A stretch of DNA of 64,000 nt, from positions 56,790 to 120,789 of the forward strand of contig NZ_DASYDO010000069.1 of NCBI RefSeq assembly GCF_036499525.1, read 5' to 3'. This DNA is from Luteibacter sp. (GTDB taxonomy: Bacteria > Pseudomonadota > Gammaproteobacteria > Xanthomonadales > Rhodanobacteraceae). Shown piece after piece: positions 58,482 to 64,000 of the stretch. The position numbers were made by a program, and so were the translations under genes. The number at the start of each line of letters is the position of its first letter. Position 1 is the stretch's first letter. The notes beneath the pieces were generated by a model. It made no database searches. It was not told where the DNA came from and worked only from the letters and a program-made list of their open reading frames with translations.

Positions 58482-59821
58482 CCGACCGCGAGCCCGCCCA
58501 TTTCGCCACACCCGCCGAAGTCACTGACATCGTGACCGGCCTCGTACTGGTGCATCGCGCCGGCCTCCGATGGAAGCTGGCCTTCGGCGCGGCGGCGCTG
58601 CTCACTGCCCTGCTGGTCGTCGCCATCGTCGTACTGCTGGTACGCGGCGTGGGCATCTGGGGGGTGAGCATGCCCGTGGCCTGGGGTTTCGCCATCGCCA
58701 ACTATGTCTGGTGGATCGGCATCGGCATGGCGGGTACCTTCATCTCCGCCGCGCTCTACCTCACGCGGCAGGGCTGGCGCTCCGCCCTGAACCGGTTCGC
58801 CGAGGCGATGACCGTGTTTGCCCTGGCCGTCTCGTCACTGTTCCCCATCTTCCATCTCGGCCGGCCGTGGTTTTCCTACTGGCTGGCCCCCTACCCCGAC
58901 CGCATGGGCCTGTGGCCGCAATGGCGCAGCGCGCTCGTCTGGGATTTCTTCGCGATCGGTGCGTACGTGATCGTGTCGGTGATCTATTTCTATGTCGGAC
59001 TCATCCCGGATCTGGCGGCGGTGCGCGATCGCGCGAGCTCGCGCGGACAACAGGTGTTTTATGGCCTGCTGGCGATCGGCTGGCGTGGCGAGGCGCGCCA
59101 ATGGGAACGGCATGCGACCCTGGTGAAGATCCTCGCGGGCCTGGCCGTGCCGCTCGTGTTCTCGGTGCACAGCATGGTGGCGCTGGATTTCTCCGAAGGG
59201 CTCCTGCCGGGCTGGCATTCGACGATTTTCCCGCCGTTCTTCGTGGCCGGTGCACTGTTCTCCGGCGCGGCGATGGTCATCGTGCTGGCCGTGCCGCTGC
59301 GTAAAGCTTACGCGCTGGAGGAATTCATCACGGACGAACACCTCGACAAGCTCGCGAAAATGATGCTCGCCGTAGGCTGGGTGGTGACCTATGGTTATGC
59401 CGCCGAAATCTTCACCGCATATGTCGGCGGCGATCCGTACGACACCGCCCTGCAACGCCATCGCATGCAAGGCGCGTACGCATGGCTGTTCTGGGCCACC
59501 ATCGCTTGCAACAGCCTTTCCATCCAGGCCCTGTGGTGGCCTCGGGTACGCACCAGCCCCCTCGCGCTCGTCGTCATCGCCCTGCTGGTGCTCACGGGCA
59601 TGTGGATGGAACGCTTCATGCTCATCGTCACCAGCCTGTACCGCGATTTCCTGCCGTCGAGCTGGGGCATGTTCCACCCCACGGTATGGGATGGCGCCTT
59701 CCTGCTGGGGTCGATCGGCCTGTTCGCGCTGCTCTTCCTCATTTTCGTTCGCCTCGTTCCCGTCCTGTCGATCGCCGAACTTCGCCGGCACGCGGCCGAA
59801 CGCGTGGATACCCGGCCATGA
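58478..59821 (+). CDS. actC: Alternative complex III subunit C (NrfD/polysulfide reductase family, quinol-binding)
   Basis: NYVWWIGIGMAGT, FHLGRPW, WDFFAI, PLVFSVHS, WHSTIFPPFFVAGA. Confidence 0.9.
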   Translation: MTDREPAHFATPAEVTDIVTGLVLVHRAGLRWKLAFGAAALLTALLVVAIVVLLVRGVGIWGVSMPVAWGFAIANYVWWIGIGMAGTFISAALYLTRQGWRSALNRFAEAMTVFALAVSSLFPIFHLGRPWFSYWLAPYPDRMGLWPQWRSALVWDFFAIGAYVIVSVIYFYVGLIPDLAAVRDRASSRGQQVFYGLLAIGWRGEARQWERHATLVKILAGLAVPLVFSVHSMVALDFSEGLLPGWHSTIFPPFFVAGALFSGAAMVIVLAVPLRKAYALEEFITDEHLDKLAKMMLAVGWVVTYGYAAEIFTAYVGGDPYDTALQRHRMQGAYAWLFWATIACNSLSIQALWWPRVRTSPLALVVIALLVLTGMWMERFMLIVTSLYRDFLPSSWGMFHPTVWDGAFLLGSIGLFALLFLIFVRLVPVLSIAELRRHAAERVDTRP

Positions 59822-60345
59822 GCGTGCATGGCCGCCTTCTCCAGTTGCACGACGCGCACGAACTGGCCTCCGCGGTCGACGCGCTGCATGCGCTCGGCTA
59901 CACCCGGCTCGAAGCTTTTTCGCCCTATGCGGTGGACGGACTGATGGAAAAGCTGGGGTCGCCGCCGAAACGCATTCCGCCCGCGATGCTCACGGGCGGC
60001 CTGATCGGTGGTATCGGCATGCTCTGGCTGCAATACCACGCCGCCGCGGTGGACTATCCGCTCAACGTCGGCGGGCGTCCTGCGGCGAGCTGGCCGGCCT
60101 TCATGCCATCGGCCGTGGAAGTCGTCATCCTGCTCGCCGTCGTCGCCGGCTTCGTGGCGTTCCTGGTGGGCAGCCGCCTGCCCACTCTCTACCGGCCGGA
60201 GTTCAACGTGGCGTGGTTCGAGGAAGCGAGCCGCGACGGATTCCTGCTGCTCATCCGCGCGGACGACCCGAGGTGGAATGATCATCAGGTGGCCGAAGAC
60301 GTTGCCGCGCTGGAGCCGTTACGTCATGCGGACGTTCCGTCATGA
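59818..60345 (+). CDS. actD: Alternative complex III subunit D (DUF3341)
   Basis: EAFSPYAVDGL, YPLNVGGRP, two TM helices, position in operon. Confidence 0.87.
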   Translation: MSVHGRLLQLHDAHELASAVDALHALGYTRLEAFSPYAVDGLMEKLGSPPKRIPPAMLTGGLIGGIGMLWLQYHAAAVDYPLNVGGRPAASWPAFMPSAVEVVILLAVVAGFVAFLVGSRLPTLYRPEFNVAWFEEASRDGFLLLIRADDPRWNDHQVAEDVAALEPLRHADVPS

Positions 60346-60893
60346 GGCGCGTAGCCATCCTGCTGATCGCCCTCCTGCCGGTGACCGGCTGCGAACGCGG
60401 CATGCACCAGATGTACGACCAGCCGCGTTACGAGCGCGGTGGCGAGGCCCCGCTGTTCGCCGATGGTGTCGCTTCCCGCATACCGCCTCGCGGCACGGTA
60501 CCGACCTCCGACCCGGAAGCGATGCCGGCGCCACCGGCCGTCACTGAAGGCTTGCTCGAGCGGGGACGCGATCGCTACACCATCTATTGCACGCCCTGCC
60601 ACGGTGTGGGCGGCGACGGTGACGGCATGGTGGTGCGGCGCGGTTTTCCGGGACCACCGAGCTACCACGAGCAACGGCTGCGCGACGCCGATGACCGGCA
60701 CCTTTACGATGTCATCACCCGTGGTTGGGGTGTCATGTATCCCTATGCGGATCGCATTGCGCCGGCTGACCGGCAAGCCATCGTCGCTTATATCCGTGCC
60801 CTGCAGTTCAGCCGCCACGCACCCGTGGACCGCTTGGAACCGGAGGACCTCTCACGGCTCCGCGACCTGCCCAGCGAGGGAGCCCGGCAATGA
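60342..60893 (+). CDS. actE: Alternative complex III monoheme cytochrome c lipoprotein
   Basis: Lipobox VTGC, MYDQPRY, CTPCH, GWGVMYPY, IVAYIRALQ. Confidence 0.87.
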   Translation: MRRVAILLIALLPVTGCERGMHQMYDQPRYERGGEAPLFADGVASRIPPRGTVPTSDPEAMPAPPAVTEGLLERGRDRYTIYCTPCHGVGGDGDGMVVRRGFPGPPSYHEQRLRDADDRHLYDVITRGWGVMYPYADRIAPADRQAIVAYIRALQFSRHAPVDRLEPEDLSRLRDLPSEGARQ

Positions 60894-61702
60894 TCCTGCA
60901 CGCATGGCTTGCGGCATGGTTGTTGTTCACCGGCGCGAGCGTCGGCGCCATTGCCTGGCAGGCCATCCACCGGCTCACCGGCGGCGCATGGGGCGGCGTC
61001 CTGGCAACGCGCTGGAGAATGCTGCGCATGTTACTGCCCCTGGCCGCGCTTGCGAGCGCGCCCATGCTGATCGCCGCGCCACACCTTTTCCCATGGATCC
61101 ACCATCCGGTGGAGGAAGCGCGGCGCTGGTACCTCAGTTATCCGTTCCTCGCCTGGCGGACCGCCGGCTGCTTCGTCGCGTGGGCGATCGCGTGGCGGCT
61201 GGCGACGCGTGCGCCCGCCGCGAGCCTGATCGTCTGGCTGTTCGCCTGCGGTGTGTTCGCGAACGACTGGATCGTTTCGCTCTCGCCCGAGTGGCGATCC
61301 TCAGCGATAGGACTGGTGCTCGCGCTCGGCCAGTTGCTGGTGGCCCTGTCCACGGCCGTACTCTTGCGAACACCCCGGGAATCCTCGGTCGTGCCGCCCA
61401 TCTTCCGCGGCGACCAGGCCTCGTTGCTCTTCGCCGCCTGCCTCGGCTGGGCCTATCTCGCCGGCATCGATTACCTCACCGCCTGGATGGCCGACCTGCC
61501 GTACGAAACCGCTTGGTACCTGCCCCGCACGCAGGGCTCTTGGGCCGCGCTGGCAATCGCAGCGATCGTGTTCCAACTCGTCGTGCCTTTCGTGCTGCTT
61601 CTCTCGCGCAAGGCGAAGGCCAGGGTCCATGTGTTGCGGGCAGCCGCCGCCTCTGTGTTGCTGGGCCAGGCCTGCCATGTCGCATGGATGGTGATGCCGT
61701 GA
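60890..61702 (+). CDS. actF: ActF-like membrane protein (short, 270 aa)
   Basis: LTGGAWG, DWIVSLSPEWRSS, WMADLPYE..WY, VPFVLLL; operon position. Confidence 0.72.
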   Translation: MILHAWLAAWLLFTGASVGAIAWQAIHRLTGGAWGGVLATRWRMLRMLLPLAALASAPMLIAAPHLFPWIHHPVEEARRWYLSYPFLAWRTAGCFVAWAIAWRLATRAPAASLIVWLFACGVFANDWIVSLSPEWRSSAIGLVLALGQLLVALSTAVLLRTPRESSVVPPIFRGDQASLLFAACLGWAYLAGIDYLTAWMADLPYETAWYLPRTQGSWAALAIAAIVFQLVVPFVLLLSRKAKARVHVLRAAAASVLLGQACHVAWMVMP

Positions 61703-62010
61703 CGCATGAACCGCAGGGCCTCGCCACTCGCCGGCTCGCGTCCCTGGCAGCGCTGCTCGCGGGGTCGACCATGGTCGTGCTGGTGGCCTGTTTCTTCCTT
61801 TGGCGCGGCTGGGTCACCGCCCCTGTGCCGTCGCCCCGCGCCGGCGAACCGAAACTCCAGCCGGAACCGCGCCGCGACATGGAGATGTTCCGCCGCCGGC
61901 AGCGCAACGCGAACGAGTGGGGCTGGGTCGATCGCGAACGCGGCGTCGCGCGGATTCCGGTGGAACGCGCGATGCGGCTGATGGCGAAGGAAGGAGATCG
62001 AAAGCCATGA
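61699..62010 (+). CDS. ActG-like small membrane protein
   Basis: One TM; WGWVDRERGVARIPVERAM motif; GTG start overlaps the actF stop. Confidence 0.65.
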   Translation: MTHEPQGLATRRLASLAALLAGSTMVVLVACFFLWRGWVTAPVPSPRAGEPKLQPEPRRDMEMFRRRQRNANEWGWVDRERGVARIPVERAMRLMAKEGDRKP

Positions 62011-62786
62011 TACGGCTCCTCGTATCCGCCTTCTTGCTGCTCTTGCTCGCGCCCGCCTTCGCAGCCGTTCCGCCGCCGCGCGACCTCGACCGGCGTGCCG
62101 GCTTCGATCAACATATCGGTGCGCGGGTGCCCATGGATGTGCCGCTTACCGACGCGGATGGCCATGCAAAAACGCTCGCGACGATCGCGGACGGCAAACC
62201 CCTGCTGCTCGCCTTCGGCTATTACCGCTGTCCCAACCTCTGCGACCTCACGTTGCGCGGCATCGCCTCAGCCGTAGCGCGGGTACCGCTGGGGGTGGGC
62301 GCCGATTACCAAGTGGCCTTCGTGAGCATCGCGCCTAACGAAACCGCACTCGATGCGCGGGAGGCGCGCGACCTGGTCGCCCGCATGGAACCCCAGGGCC
62401 AGGCGATACGCTGGACCTGGGCAACGGCGGCGCCACCGTCCGTCGCCACGCTTACCCATACTGTGGGTTTCCGTTACTTCAGGGACCCGCGCGACGGCCA
62501 GTACGTGCACCCCGCCGGTTTCGTCGTCGTGGCGCCGGACGGGCGCGTGGCACAGTACTTCTTCGGCGTGGACTACGATGCGCACGCCTTGCGCCTCGCG
62601 CTGGTCGACGCCTCACACGGGCGGCTGGGCACCGTCATCGATCGGCTCGTCCTGCTCTGCTGCGGGTACGACCCTGCCACCGGTCGCTACAGCCTGCTGG
62701 TGTCGCGCCTCATGATGGCGCTGGGCTGTGCCTTCCTCGTCGTCATGGCCGCCGGCGCGCTGTGGCTGCGAAGGAGGACACCATGA
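62007..62786 (+). CDS. SCO1/SenC copper chaperone
   Basis: YYRCPNLC (CxxxC), YVHPAG, C-terminal LLCCGYDP TM region. Confidence 0.85.
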   Translation: MIRLLVSAFLLLLLAPAFAAVPPPRDLDRRAGFDQHIGARVPMDVPLTDADGHAKTLATIADGKPLLLAFGYYRCPNLCDLTLRGIASAVARVPLGVGADYQVAFVSIAPNETALDAREARDLVARMEPQGQAIRWTWATAAPPSVATLTHTVGFRYFRDPRDGQYVHPAGFVVVAPDGRVAQYFFGVDYDAHALRLALVDASHGRLGTVIDRLVLLCCGYDPATGRYSLLVSRLMMALGCAFLVVMAAGALWLRRRTP

Positions 62787-63721
62787 CCTTCCTGCCTGAG
62801 GCATCCAGCTTCGCCGGTCGGGTCGATGGCCTGTTCTATGCGATGCTCGGCCTGTCGACGGTCGTGGTGCTGGGCGTGTTCACCACGATGCTGGTGTTCG
62901 CCATTCGTTTCCGGCGCGGCCGCCATGTGGACCGCAGCGGCGAATCGCACCGGGAACTCGGCATCGAGATGGTCTGGACGCTCGTGCCGTTCGCGATGTT
63001 CCTCGCCATCTTCGTCTGGAGCATCCGCCTCTGGATCGTCATGCGAACGCCGCCGGCAAACGCATCGACGATCCACGTGGTCGGTAAGCAGTGGATGTGG
63101 GAATTCGAACATCCCGACGGCCAGCGCGAGATCGACACGCTGCACGTGGCAACGGGCCAGCCCATTCGCCTGGTGATGATTTCGCAGGACGTGATCCACG
63201 ATGTGTCCATTCCGGCCTTCCGGGTGAAACAGGACGTGCTGCCCGGCCGCTATACGCAGCTGTGGTTCACGCCCACGCGCACGGGCACGTACAACCTCTT
63301 CTGCGCGGAGTATTGCGGTACCGATCATTCCCGGATGGGCGGGGTCGTCGTCGTCCAGACGCCGGCGGGCCACGCACGCTGGCTGGCCAGCCATGCCAGT
63401 GGATCGCTCGCCGACCAGGGCCGGATGCTGTTTACCCGCTTCGGGTGCGCGGGTTGCCACGACGCTGGTTCCTCCGTGCATGCCCCCCGTCTGGACGGCC
63501 TCTATGGAAGCACGGTGCCACTGGCCGACGGCCGCCAGGTGCTAGCCGACGAGCGCTACCTGCACGACGCGATCACCTTGCCCGGCAGCGAGGTTGCGGC
63601 GGGCTATGCGCCGCTGATGCCCAGTTACAAGGACCGGATCGACGAAGCAGACATTCTCGCACTGGTCGCCTACCTCAAGGTCCGTGGCACGGACAGGGAG
63701 ATACCCCATGCAGCCCGCTGA
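62783..63721 (+). CDS. coxB: Cytochrome c oxidase subunit II with fused cytochrome c (caa3 type)
   Basis: [25 protein letters not shown] CuA motif; C-terminal CAGCH. Confidence 0.92.
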   Translation: MTFLPEASSFAGRVDGLFYAMLGLSTVVVLGVFTTMLVFAIRFRRGRHVDRSGESHRELGIEMVWTLVPFAMFLAIFVWSIRLWIVMRTPPANASTIHVVGKQWMWEFEHPDGQREIDTLHVATGQPIRLVMISQDVIHDVSIPAFRVKQDVLPGRYTQLWFTPTRTGTYNLFCAEYCGTDHSRMGGVVVVQTPAGHARWLASHASGSLADQGRMLFTRFGCAGCHDAGSSVHAPRLDGLYGSTVPLADGRQVLADERYLHDAITLPGSEVAAGYAPLMPSYKDRIDEADILALVAYLKVRGTDREIPHAAR

Positions 63722-64000
63722 ACACGTCCCGCCCAGCTACCTCACGGACGGCAACACGCTCCGGTCCTGGCTGGCAACGCACGATCACAAGCGAATCGCG
63801 ATCCTTTACGCAGTCTCGATCACGTTCTTTTTCTTCCTGGGCGGCATCGCCGCGGCGCTCATGCGCCTCGAACTGGCCACGCCGGCGGGCGACGTGATGA
63901 GCGCGGAAACCTACAACAAGACTTTCACCTTCCATGGCGTGGTGATGGTGTGGTTCTTCCTCATTCCCTCCATTCCCGCCACGTTGGGCAATTTCCTCCT
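63708..64000 (+). CDS. coxA: Cytochrome c oxidase subunit I, N-terminal part (runs off the window)
   Basis: MQPAEH...DHKRIAILY...MRLEL...[15 protein letters not shown]...GNFL. Confidence 0.88.
   Translation, partial: MQPAEHVPPSYLTDGNTLRSWLATHDHKRIAILYAVSITFFFFLGGIAAALMRLELATPAGDVMSAETYNKTFTFHGVVMVWFFLIPSIPATLGNFL

Overview
GC-rich Xanthomonadales chromosome segment, most likely Rhodanobacteraceae (Luteibacter/Dyella-like; inferred from gene order and protein character, no database search). Mostly core genes: fused E1 alpha/beta dehydrogenase, acyl-CoA dehydrogenases, nadK, large NAD-glutamate dehydrogenase, RND pump, ArsR-methyltransferase with split metH, murJ, ribF-ileS-lspA-ispH, rpsT, rplU-rpmA-obgE, uvrA, folA. 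A type IV minor-pilin/PilY1 cluster and decayed small genes lie between tRNA-Val(CAC) and tRNA-Thr(CGT). Main points of interest: (1) a YjgC/ForC-like molybdoenzyme plus DUF1641 pair transcribed divergently, across 118 bp, from an alternative complex III (actABCDEFG)-SCO-caa3 oxidase operon, a candidate formate-to-oxygen respiratory module; (2) nine GTAG-type REP elements, one inserted in frame inside actB (32 codons) and four supplying the TAG stop codon of a gene; (3) a pair of inverted 141-143 bp structured elements upstream of rplU whose terminal stems differ in sequence but stay perfectly paired. No CRISPR array, integrase or transposase is visible.
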